Both the position numbers and the translations under genes were made by a program. Positions 17,315 to 25,911 of a DNA stretch of 32,000 nucleotides are shown piece after piece. The notes beneath the pieces were generated by a model that saw only the letters and a program-made list of their open reading frames with translations, was not told where the DNA came from and made no database searches. Each line of letters starts with the position of its first letter. Position 1 is the first letter of the stretch. The DNA comes from Rhodobacter capsulatus SB 1003 (GTDB taxonomy: Bacteria > Pseudomonadota > Alphaproteobacteria > Rhodobacterales > Rhodobacteraceae): the NCBI RefSeq assembly GCF_000021865.1, contig NC_014034.1, forward strand, positions 810,001 to 842,000. The letters run 5' to 3'.

Positions 17315-18055
17315 ATGACCGATTTCTTCGACAGCCCCGAGGGCCGCCGCATCGCCTATGACCGCCGTCCGGGCAAGGGACCGGGGGTGATGTTCCTGCA
17401 CGGGCTGCATTCCGACATGACCGGCACCAAGGCCACCGCGCTCGATGCCTGGGCGGGGGATACCGGCCGCGCCTTTCTGCGCTTTGATTGTTCGGGGCAC
17501 GGGCAATCCTCGGGGGTCTATGCCGAAACCTCGATCGCGGACTGGTATCAGGACGCGCGGTCTGTTCTGCTGAACCTGGCCGAGGGGCCGCAGGTGCTGG
17601 TGGGCTCCTCGATGGGCGGCTGGCTGGCGTTGTTGCTGGCGCGCGACTGCCCGGAGAAGGTCGCGGGTCTGGTGACGATCGCGGCGGCCGCCGATTTCAC
17701 CGAGGACGGCTATTGGGCCAGTTTCTCGCCCGAGCAGCAGGCACAGCTGATGGAGCAGGGCTATCTCGATCTGCACCATGGCGGGCCGGTGCCCTATCGC
17801 ATCAGCCGCAAGTTCATCGTCGATGGCCGCGACCATTTCGTGCTGCGCAGCCCCCTGTCGCTGCCCTTCCCGACGCGGCTCTTGCAGGGCTCCGAGGACC
17901 GCGCCGTGCCGCCCGATTGGGCGGTGAAGCTTTTCCACCATGCCGCGGGCCCCGATATCCGGCTGACGCTGGTGAAGGGCGCGGATCACAATTTCTCGGC
18001 CCCCGACAATCTGGCGCTGATCAAGGCGGCGATCGACGAGGTCGCGCCGCTCTGA
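17315..18055 (+). CDS. Alpha/beta-fold hydrolase
   Basis: ATG at 17315 follows AGGAG (17304-17308). It has an HG oxyanion motif (VMFLHGLHS), the nucleophile elbow GSSMGG, and a C-terminal GADHNF carrying the His. Confidence 0.85.
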   Translation: MTDFFDSPEGRRIAYDRRPGKGPGVMFLHGLHSDMTGTKATALDAWAGDTGRAFLRFDCSGHGQSSGVYAETSIADWYQDARSVLLNLAEGPQVLVGSSMGGWLALLLARDCPEKVAGLVTIAAAADFTEDGYWASFSPEQQAQLMEQGYLDLHHGGPVPYRISRKFIVDGRDHFVLRSPLSLPFPTRLLQGSEDRAVPPDWAVKLFHHAAGPDIRLTLVKGADHNFSAPDNLALIKAAIDEVAPL

Positions 18056-18160
18056 GCCGCCGATCTGACCCCGGTCGCGGATCTGTGCGCGGCGGGGGTT
18101 TGCCCTTGCCCGGCCTTCGCGCTAGCTAGGCCGAAAAGCGCGAAACTGCGCGTCGCTGGG

Positions 18161-18868
18161 GTGAGCATGTCTGCCGATCCGTTGATCTTCCTGCCGGGCT
18201 TCATGTGTGATGCGCGGCTCTACTGGCATCAGATCATTGCCTTTTCGGCCGATCGCGCAGTGATCGCCGCGCCGCTTTCCGGCGCGACGGTCGAAGAGAT
18301 GGCCGAGCATGTCCTTGCGGTTGCGCCGCCGCGCTTCGCGCTTGTCGGGCATTGGCTGGGCGGGCTGGTCGCGATGGAGGTGGCGCGCCGGGTGCCCGAG
18401 CGGGTCTCGGGACTGGGGCTGATCGACGTCTCGCCGCTGGCCGAGACCCCGGCCCAGGCGGCCAGCCGCGAGCCGCGGATCATCCGCGCCCGCACCGGGC
18501 GGCTGGACGAGGTGATGCTGGAAGAAATCCCCGCCGCCGCGCTGGCCCCCGGAGAGGGCCGGGCCGAGGTGCAGGCGATGCTTCTGGAGATGGCCGGAAC
18601 GCTTGGCCCGGAGCTGTTCACCAGCCAGTCCCGCGCCCTGATGCGCCGCCCCGATCAGCAGCGCGCGCTGCGCAGCCTGCGGGTGCGGACCTTGCTGATC
18701 TGCGGCGCATACGACACGATCTGCCCGCCGCGGCGGCATGAATTCCTGGCGGAACTCATGCCGCAGGCGGCGTTCCGGCTGATCCCCGGCGCCGGTCATC
18801 TGGCGCCGCTCGAACAGCCGCTGTTGGTCACCGAGGCGCTGCGCGACTGGCTCGACGCGCCGCGCTGA
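18161..18868 (+). CDS. Alpha/beta-hydrolase-fold protein with Trp at the nucleophile position (GHWLGG)
   Basis: Track ORF of 235 aa. The fold motifs are present (LIFLPGF, CGAYDTICP, GAGHLAPLEQP). The elbow reads G-H-W-L-G-G, with TGG at 18353-18355 where Ser is expected. GTG 18161 and ATG 18167 are both possible starts. Confidence 0.8.
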   Translation: MSMSADPLIFLPGFMCDARLYWHQIIAFSADRAVIAAPLSGATVEEMAEHVLAVAPPRFALVGHWLGGLVAMEVARRVPERVSGLGLIDVSPLAETPAQAASREPRIIRARTGRLDEVMLEEIPAAALAPGEGRAEVQAMLLEMAGTLGPELFTSQSRALMRRPDQQRALRSLRVRTLLICGAYDTICPPRRHEFLAELMPQAAFRLIPGAGHLAPLEQPLLVTEALRDWLDAPR

Positions 18869-18878
18869 GCCCCTTGGC

Positions 18879-21221
18879 TCAGGCGCTGCGGCGCGACACG
18901 AAGAGCGCCGGACGGGGCTCCTCGGCCACCGGCGCGCGCGGCGCCCAGCTTTCCTCGCGCTGCAGCCGGAAGGTCGCCACGGCCTCGGCCAGCGCCGTCG
19001 CCTCGCCCTGCAGGGAGCGCACCGCGGCATTGGTCTCTTCGAAGACGGCGGCGTTCTGCTGCGTCGTGCGGTCCAGTTCCGTCGTCGCATTCGAGATCTC
19101 GGTGATCCCGGTCGCGGTTTCCTGCGAGGCGGTGACGATCTCGGCGATCTTTTGCGCCACATCCTCGACCCCGGCGACGATCTCGCGCAGCGCCTGACCG
19201 GAATCATGCACCAGCCCGACGCCCTGATTGACGTTGTTCGACGCGGTCTCGATCAGCCGGGCGATCTCGCGCGCGGCTTCCGAAGACCGCTGCGCCAGCG
19301 CCCGCACCTCCGAGGCGACGACGGCAAAGCCGCGCCCCGCATCGCCCGCCCGCGCCGCTTCCACCCCCGCATTCAGCGCCAGAAGGTTGGTCTGGAAGGC
19401 GATGTCGTCGATCACCTGCAGGATGCGCCCGATCGCCTCGGACGAGGCCTTGATCTCGTCCATCGCCGAGACGGCCCGCGACACCACCTGATGCCCGGCC
19501 CCGGCGCGGGTCGAGATCTCGGTCACCGCGCTGCGGGCGGTCTGCGCCGAATTCGCCGCCGAACGGACCGTGGCCGACATCTGTTCCAGCGCCGAGGCGG
19601 TCTGTTCCAGCATCGCCGCATTGCGTTCCGACCGCCGCGCCAGATCGTCGGCGGCCCCGGCGATTTCGCGCGCCGACGTGTCGACGGCGGTGGCGGACAC
19701 CGAAATGTCGCCCAGCGTGCCGGTTAGGCTTTCGGTGGTGCGGTTCATCGTCTCCGCGATCTCGGCAAAGACGCCGTGGAACCGCGTCGGCATGCGATGG
19801 GTCAGATCGCGTTCGGCCAGACGTTCCAGCGCGACGCGCACCGCGGTCAGCCCGTCATCCGCCGCCTCGCCGATCCGGTTCATCCCGGCGCAGAGATCGG
19901 CGAAGATGCCGGTCTTGTCGTCGGTGCGCAGCCGGCGCGAGAAATCGCCCTCGGCACAGGCGGCCACCACGGCGGCGATTTCCTGGGCGGCGGCATGTTC
20001 GCGCGCCTGGGCGGCGGCGGCGGCGGCGCGGTCTTCCTCGGCCAGACGGGCCCGTTCCGCCATCTCCGCGCGTTCCTGCGCGGCGGCGGCGATCCGGGCC
20101 TCGGCTTCCCGCTCGGCGGCGGCGGCGCTTTCCGCCTCGAGCCGCTGTCGTTCCAGGATCGTGGTCCGGAAACTCTCGAGCGCCGCCCCGATCGAGCGCA
20201 CCTCGGCCACCCGGGTCTCGGGCACGGTGATGTCCGTCCGCCCCTCGGCCAGTTCCTGCACCGCCGTCGTCACCGCGCGCAGCGGCGTCACCGTGGCCCG
20301 GAACAGCCGCACCGCCGAGGCGCCGAGCACCAGCATGCCGATCCCGCCCGCCAGGGCCATCAGGAGATAGCCGCGCATCTTCGCCGCATCGGTCGCCGCC
20401 GTCATCTGCTGGACATCGGCCGCAAGGCCGTCGCGTAGCGCGGCAAGCGCCAGCGGCATCGCGTCATAGCTGTCGTCACAGGCGCGGATGATCGAATCGA
20501 TCTGCAGCGCAAGGTCGGCATATTGGTGGAAGGCGTCCTGATATTCCGTCAGCTTCGCCAGCGTCCGGTCCCGGTGTTGCGTCGAGACGAACATCGTTTC
20601 GGGAAAGGACTTGAAGGTCTCGATTTCCTTGTCGAGCTTCTCGATATAGGCCGGATCGAGGCGCAGGATGAAGTCCTTTTCGGCCCGGCGCATCTTCAGC
20701 AGACTCACCTCGACCTTCGGCAGGGCAAGCGCGCCCACCATCTTTTCGGCGGCATGCACGGCCGCGCGCAGCTGCCCCTCGAGCCCGGAATCGGCATTGA
20801 GCCCCAGAACCACCCGGGTATCGGCAAAAAGCGCGAAGTTTTCCTCGTAACTGTAAAGCAGATCCTGCAACGCGCCCGCCCGACCTGCGCTTTCGGCAAG
20901 GCCGAGGTCGGTTTCATGGGCCACCAGCGTCTTGAGCTGCGCCGAGGCCTGGGCGATCTGCCCGGCATGATCCGCGATTCGGGATTCCTTGCGGTCGATG
21001 CGGAACTTCGCCTCGGTGTCGCGCGCCGAAGCCAAGGTTCGTTCCAGCGTGGCCAGATCCGTGCTCAGCCGCGAAATCTGCAGGCTTTGCTGTTCGGCCC
21101 TGCGGTCGACGAGTGCGGAATAAAAGACTGTGGCGAAAACGGCCGCCGTGCAAACGATGATGACGAGGCCCATGCGGACCAGATAGGACAGAAAGCTGCG
21201 GGATGTACCTGCGCGTGCCAT
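18879..21221 (-). CDS. Methyl-accepting chemotaxis protein with a large helical periplasmic sensor domain
   Basis: Internal ATG at 21221 of track ORF 18879..21536, with GGAG 7 nt upstream. TM1 is [21 protein letters not shown], followed by a helical ectodomain of about 260 aa, TM2, HAMP, and the conserved MCP signalling tip [43 protein letters not shown]. Confidence 0.9.
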   Translation of the reverse strand: MARAGTSRSFLSYLVRMGLVIIVCTAAVFATVFYSALVDRRAEQQSLQISRLSTDLATLERTLASARDTEAKFRIDRKESRIADHAGQIAQASAQLKTLVAHETDLGLAESAGRAGALQDLLYSYEENFALFADTRVVLGLNADSGLEGQLRAAVHAAEKMVGALALPKVEVSLLKMRRAEKDFILRLDPAYIEKLDKEIETFKSFPETMFVSTQHRDRTLAKLTEYQDAFHQYADLALQIDSIIRACDDSYDAMPLALAALRDGLAADVQQMTAATDAAKMRGYLLMALAGGIGMLVLGASAVRLFRATVTPLRAVTTAVQELAEGRTDITVPETRVAEVRSIGAALESFRTTILERQRLEAESAAAAEREAEARIAAAAQERAEMAERARLAEEDRAAAAAAQAREHAAAQEIAAVVAACAEGDFSRRLRTDDKTGIFADLCAGMNRIGEAADDGLTAVRVALERLAERDLTHRMPTRFHGVFAEIAETMNRTTESLTGTLGDISVSATAVDTSAREIAGAADDLARRSERNAAMLEQTASALEQMSATVRSAANSAQTARSAVTEISTRAGAGHQVVSRAVSAMDEIKASSEAIGRILQVIDDIAFQTNLLALNAGVEAARAGDAGRGFAVVASEVRALAQRSSEAAREIARLIETASNNVNQGVGLVHDSGQALREIVAGVEDVAQKIAEIVTASQETATGITEISNATTELDRTTQQNAAVFEETNAAVRSLQGEATALAEAVATFRLQREESWAPRAPVAEEPRPALFVSRRSA

Positions 21222-21345
21222 GCGGTTGCTCCGAAAGATCGCTTCCGCAAAATCGGGCAAAGGAATTAAGGTCCGGTGAAGTCGCGCGCGGATTGGTAAA
21301 CTTGTTTGTTTTGCTGAAATCCGGATCCGGCCTTGTCGGCGGGAG

Positions 21346-21367
21346 CCCCCGGCCCTTCGGCCGGGGG
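21346..21367. other. GC hairpin between the two MCP genes (CCCCCGGCC-CTTC-GGCCGGGGG)
   Basis: A 9-bp perfect stem about 30 nt downstream of the upstream MCP stop at 21397. The T-run is on the plus-strand side only, so its role as a minus-strand terminator is uncertain. Confidence 0.35.
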
Positions 21368-21396
21368 AAGTTTTTCGCTGCGGCCGGGGGGCGCGG

Positions 21397-23334
21397 TCAG
21401 CCCGCCATCCGCTGGTCCCAGGACGCGCCGCCCGCACGACCGGCGATGCGGAACACGGCGCTGAACTCCTTGAGCATGCGGGCCTCGTGCAAAAGCCCCT
21501 GTGTGGCAGCGGAATTTTCCTCGAACATCGCGGCATTGTGCTGTGTCACCTGATCGAGCTGGTTCACCGCCGCCGTCACCTCGGAGATGCCGGAAGACTG
21601 CTCGGCCGCGGCACTGGCGATGCCGTCCAGAAGCCCGTCCAGCTCGGTCACCAGGGTCTCGATCTCGCCCAGCGCGGTGTCGGACCGCGCCGCCAGATCC
21701 ACCCCCGCGGCGACTTGCCGCGACGAGGTGTCGATCAGGGCGGCGATCTCGCGCGCGGCTTCCGAGGACCGCTGCGCCAGCGCCCGCACCTCGGAGGCGA
21801 CGACGGCAAAACCGCGTCCGGTCTCGCCCGCCCGGGCGGCTTCGACGCCCGCATTCAGCGCCAGAAGGTTGGTCTGGAAGGCGATGTCGTCGATCACATG
21901 GGTGATGCGCGAGATCTTGTCGGAACTTTGCGCGATGTCGTCCATCGCCCGTTGCGTCTGCCGCACCACCTCGCGGCCGGTGGCGGTGGTGGCCCGGGTG
22001 CGGTTCACCGCCTGCGCCGCAGAACGCGCCCCCTCGACCGATTGCGCGACCGAGGCCGCCATCTCGTTCATCGCCGCCGCCGTCTCCTCGAGCGAGGCCG
22101 CCTGCGTCTCGGTGCGCCGACCCAGCTCCATCGAGGCCGACCCGAGCTGGCCCGCCTCCGTCTCGACGACATCGGTCGTCTGCACGATCGAGGCGATCAG
22201 CCCCGCGACCTTGTCGATGGCGCCGTTGAAATCATGGCGCAACCCTTCGTAGGCGGGCGGGAAGGTTTCGGTGATCCGGGCGGTCAGATCGCCCGCCGAG
22301 AGCGCCTGCAGGCCCTGCGCCAGCGCCGAGACGACATTCAGCTGCTCGCGCATCTGCGCGTCCCGCTCGGCCTCGGTGCGCTGGCGTTCGGCCTCGCGTT
22401 CGGCCCGGCGGGCGGCTTCGGCGCGCTGGGCTTCCGCCTCGGCCTCCTGTTCGCGGCGCCGCAGCGCTTCTTCGCGGTCGCGGGCCTGGGCCTCGGCCCG
22501 GGCGATCTCGGCCTCCTGGTCGCGGCGTTGCCGTTCCAGCTCCGCCTTTTCCGCCAGCGAGGCCCGGAACACTTCGAGCGCCTTCGCCATCTCGCCCACT
22601 TCGCCACGCGCATCGGTGCAGGGGACCGGGCTTTCGGTGTCGCCGCCGGTCATCTGCCGCATCCGGTCATTCACCGCGCCGAAGGGCCCGGTGACCGTGC
22701 GCGCCAGCGCCGTCGCCGCCCCGCCCAGCGCCACCAGCGCCACCGCCATCGCGATCAGCGAGGCGTTGCGCAGATGCGCCAGCGCCGCGGTGATGTCGGT
22801 GACATAGGAGCCGGTGCCGACGATCCAGCCCCAGGGGGCGAAATCGCGCACGAAGCCGATCTTTTCCTCGGGCGTGTCGGTGTCGGGTTTCTTGAAATGG
22901 TATCGCACCTCGCCGCTGCCCGCGGTCTCGGCGATCTTGACCATCTCCACGAAGATCTTCTTGCCGTAGGGATCGGTGTAGCCCATCTGCGACTTGCCGA
23001 TCCAGTCGGGCATCGTCGGGTGGACCAGCATCACGCCCTTGTGGTCGAGCACGTAAAAATAGCCGGATTTGTCGAATCGCAGTGCGGTCAGGCGGCGGGC
23101 CGCCTCGGCCCGGGCCTGGTCGGCGGAAAGGCTGCCCGCTTGCACCTGTGCTTCCAGATCGATCAGCATGCCGATGGCGGTGTCGGTGACGTCGCTGAGG
23201 TGTTGTTCGCGCATCTCATAGGCGTTCGAGCCCGCAAAACGCACCAGCGTTTCGGACAAGATGATGAGCGAAACGGCGGCAAGGGCCACGATCGCATAGA
23301 TGCGGGCGGAAATACCGAAGAATTTGTTTTTCAT
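21397..23334 (-). CDS. Methyl-accepting chemotaxis protein with a single-Cache (sCache_2-like) periplasmic domain
   Basis: Internal ATG at 23334 of track ORF 21397..23478. The order is TM1, a Cache-like ectodomain ([19 protein letters not shown]...[12 protein letters not shown]), TM2, HAMP, and an MCP signalling domain ([43 protein letters not shown]). Confidence 0.9.
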   Translation of the reverse strand: MKNKFFGISARIYAIVALAAVSLIILSETLVRFAGSNAYEMREQHLSDVTDTAIGMLIDLEAQVQAGSLSADQARAEAARRLTALRFDKSGYFYVLDHKGVMLVHPTMPDWIGKSQMGYTDPYGKKIFVEMVKIAETAGSGEVRYHFKKPDTDTPEEKIGFVRDFAPWGWIVGTGSYVTDITAALAHLRNASLIAMAVALVALGGAATALARTVTGPFGAVNDRMRQMTGGDTESPVPCTDARGEVGEMAKALEVFRASLAEKAELERQRRDQEAEIARAEAQARDREEALRRREQEAEAEAQRAEAARRAEREAERQRTEAERDAQMREQLNVVSALAQGLQALSAGDLTARITETFPPAYEGLRHDFNGAIDKVAGLIASIVQTTDVVETEAGQLGSASMELGRRTETQAASLEETAAAMNEMAASVAQSVEGARSAAQAVNRTRATTATGREVVRQTQRAMDDIAQSSDKISRITHVIDDIAFQTNLLALNAGVEAARAGETGRGFAVVASEVRALAQRSSEAAREIAALIDTSSRQVAAGVDLAARSDTALGEIETLVTELDGLLDGIASAAAEQSSGISEVTAAVNQLDQVTQHNAAMFEENSAATQGLLHEARMLKEFSAVFRIAGRAGGASWDQRMAG

Positions 23335-24399
23335 GGGGCCTTGAGGTCTGGGAAGGTGAAAGCCTGGCCAGGAACGGTACGCGACAAGACAGGGAACGGG
23401 CCGAGTGGAACCCTCACTCTGGCAGCCATCTGTCAATTTTCTCTTACAGTTCTGGATTTGTTTTAGATTGATCCACACCCGTTGCGGCTGTGGGAGGCCC
23501 CCCGGAGTGCCCCCCAGAGTGCCGCCATGGCGTGCCCCCGGCCGTCCGCGGCGCGGGACTCGGGGCGCCGGATGCGGGCCGCGAGACGCGCCGAAATGCC
23601 GGGTGACAAGAAGGTTTCCAGTTTTTCGATCCGCTGGAATATTTTTGATCGCGACCTCGTTTTCCGGCCGTCATGGCGGCGACGCAAAACGCGGATAGGG
23701 TCGGATCGGGCCGCCATTTCAGGGCCGAAAATCGCCTTTTGCGCGTGTCCCTGCGTCGAATTTCGCACCCTCAGAAAGGGCCGATCCGGACCCAGCGACG
23801 GCGTATCTTCGACCGGGGCGGGTGTTTTCGACCCGCGGGAGCGCTTTTTTTCGGTGCGGATGGGGCCGCCTGTTGCCTGAATCGGCCTGTCGATGCCCGA
23901 ATTCGGCGCTCTTTTGCGGGAAATGCCCGGCGTTCCGGGCTTCCGTCCGCCGGATCGGGGCTTTGGGGCAAAATCAGGGTCAGCATTCCTTCCTTACCTG
24001 CGCGCGCGACCGGGGCGGGGCTGTCGCCGCCCCGGAAACCCTTTGGAAAGCACGTTGAAAAGCTTTCGGACGCAGCGGGCAATTCGTTTGACCCGCCCGG
24101 CGTGCTGGCGCAATTTTGATCCATCCCAAGGGAAGGGTGGAGGATGGAGAGGTTCGGGCCGCGAAGGGCCGCAGATCTTGGAAGATGACGACGGGGTCCG
24201 GGTCGGACACAGGGCCCCCGAACCATCGCGTCGACAGCGGGAGAGATCCCGCGCCGACCACAGGAACCGCGGCGATCGTGCCTGACCTCTCCATGACCCT
24301 CGACCGGACCCAGGCACCGCTGTTTCGTGCCCTGTGCTCTGCCGATTCTGTTTTTTCGACCCGCGGGGCTGTCCCCGCCTGCTGCCGCTGAGTGCCCCG

Positions 24400-25911
24400 A
24401 TGCTTGCCCTCGAGACTGCCCCCGCCCTGCGCCTGCCGCCGATCCCGGTCGAGACGGTGGCCCGTCCGGCCTGCCCGGGCCCCGCGCGCGGCGAGACTGC
24501 GGGACAGGGCAGGGTCACGATCTGCCTTGATGCGCGCGGACAGGTCCGGCAGGTGCAGCTGCACCTTCTGGACCTTTGCGGCGTCGAGACCTTGCTGGAA
24601 GGCCGCGCGATCGCCGAGATCCCCGAGGCGGTGCAACGGCTGTGCGGCCTGTGCCCGGTCAGCCATCATCTGGCCGCGGTCAAGGCGATGGACCGGATCG
24701 CGGGTTATGACCGGCTGACGCCGACGGCGGAAAAGCTGCGGCGGCTGATGCAATACGGCCAGATCGTGCAAAGCCATGCGGTGCAGCTTTATCATCTGGC
24801 CGAGCCGGACCTGCTTTTGGGCTTCGACAGCGAACCCGCAAGGCGCGGTCTGGTCGATGTCGCGCGCGCCTTTCCGCAGCTGGCGACCGAGGGGGTGCTG
24901 ATGCGCCGCTTCGGTCAGGAGGTGGTGCGGGCGATCACCGGCGGGCGGTTGCCCGGCGCGGGGGCGGTGCCCGGGGGCATGCGGCGCCCGCTGCCGCGCG
25001 CGGCCCGCGATCAGCTGCGCGCCGATGTCGATCAGGTGATCGACTGGGCGGCGGGGGCGCTGCGGGTGCTGGAACGGCTGCACGGCACCAACCCGGCCTT
25101 TTACGACCATCCGGCCGAGACCGGCGGCAACCTGCTGGCGCTGGTCGGCGCCTCTGGCGCGGTGGATTTCTACGATGGCCGGCTGCGGGCCCGCGATGCC
25201 CGGGGGGCGACGCTGTTCGACGCCGTCCCCGCCGCGGCCTATCGCGGCGTTCTGGCCGAGCCCTCCGGCCCGGGCGGGCCGCATCTGCGCGCGCTGGGCC
25301 CCGAGACGGGCTGGTATCGCGTCGGACCGCTGGCGCGTTTGCAGGTCTGCGACCTTCTGACCTCCGAGAAGGCCGAGACCGAACGGCAGCGGCTTCTCGC
25401 CCCCGGGGACGGGAAGCCGTTGCAGGGGTCGGTGTTCCATCACGGCGCCCGGCTGGTCGAGCTGCTGCATGCGGCCGAGCTGATCCGCGACCTTCTGGAC
25501 GATCCCGAGCTGCTGGGCACCGATCTGATGGCCGACCGCGGCGCCCCGCAGCGCGAGGCCGTCGGCGTGATCGAAGCGCCGCGCGGCACGCTTTTGCAGC
25601 GCTACGAGGTCGACGAGGCCGGGCGGATCCGCCGCTGCACGCTGCTTTTGTCCACCCGCAACAACAGCCGGGCGATGGATGCGGCGCTGCAGGGGGTGGC
25701 GGCGCAATATTGCGACGGCCGCCGCGTCACCGAGGATCTGCTCGCCCATATCGAGGTGGCGATCCGCGCCTTTGATCCCTGCCTGTCCTGTGCCGCCCAT
25801 GCGCTGGGGCAGATGCCGCTGTCGGTCGAGCTGATCGATGCCGGGGGGGCGGTCGTCTCGGGGCTGCGCCGGGGCGCGGACGGGGGGGTGTCATGCTGCG
25901 TTCGATCCTAG
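24400..25911 (+). CDS. [NiFe]-hydrogenase large-subunit paralog, HoxH-like (group 3-type), orphan with no adjacent small subunit
   Basis: Track ORF 24334..25911. The N-terminal Ni-ligand motif RLCGLCPVSHH is at 24637-24669. The C-terminal motif DPCLSCAAH is at 24774+1000 = 25774-25800 and is followed by a 36-aa tail ALGQMPLSVELIDAGG... Other large-subunit blocks are EKLRRLMQYGQIVQSHAVQLYHL, VPGGMRRPL, YRVGPLARL and EAPRGTLL. The start is uncertain: ATG 24400 has no clear RBS, and GTG 24334 is the alternative. Confidence 0.8.
   Translation: MLALETAPALRLPPIPVETVARPACPGPARGETAGQGRVTICLDARGQVRQVQLHLLDLCGVETLLEGRAIAEIPEAVQRLCGLCPVSHHLAAVKAMDRIAGYDRLTPTAEKLRRLMQYGQIVQSHAVQLYHLAEPDLLLGFDSEPARRGLVDVARAFPQLATEGVLMRRFGQEVVRAITGGRLPGAGAVPGGMRRPLPRAARDQLRADVDQVIDWAAGALRVLERLHGTNPAFYDHPAETGGNLLALVGASGAVDFYDGRLRARDARGATLFDAVPAAAYRGVLAEPSGPGGPHLRALGPETGWYRVGPLARLQVCDLLTSEKAETERQRLLAPGDGKPLQGSVFHHGARLVELLHAAELIRDLLDDPELLGTDLMADRGAPQREAVGVIEAPRGTLLQRYEVDEAGRIRRCTLLLSTRNNSRAMDAALQGVAAQYCDGRRVTEDLLAHIEVAIRAFDPCLSCAAHALGQMPLSVELIDAGGAVVSGLRRGADGGVSCCVRS

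Noticed and set aside
21346-21367. The hairpin between the two MCP genes considered as a rho-independent terminator of the upstream MCP.
   Set aside because: The U-tract lies on the wrong (plus) strand for the minus-strand genes. I kept it only as an unassigned stem-loop, and the two MCP genes may be co-transcribed.
24106-24120. A sigma54-like element TGGCGC-N5-TTGAT upstream of the hydrogenase-like gene.
   Set aside because: The spacing is one nucleotide off the GG-N10-GC rule, and the -12 element is GA rather than GC. The match is too weak to call.
24185-24391. A possible 68-aa upstream ORF (MTTGSGSDTGPPNHRVDSGRDPAPTTGTAAIVPDLSMTLDRTQAPLFRALCSADSVFSTRGAVPACCR) ending 9 nt before the hydrogenase-like gene.
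   Set aside because: The first two-thirds has fairly GC-rich third positions. The last third is full of T-ending codons (TTT CGT TCT GAT TCT GTT TTT). There is no well-spaced RBS, no recognisable motif, and it overlaps the repeated TTTTCGACCCGCGGG element. I treat it as non-coding unless homology or ribosome profiling says otherwise.
23480-24399. A search by eye for relics of a small-subunit (hoxY-like CxxC motifs) or diaphorase gene upstream of the orphan large subunit.
   Set aside because: None of the three plus-strand frames (track ORFs 23482..23880, 23673..24119, 23893..24285) shows any small-subunit-like block. I cannot exclude highly degraded remnants without TBLASTN or HMM searches.
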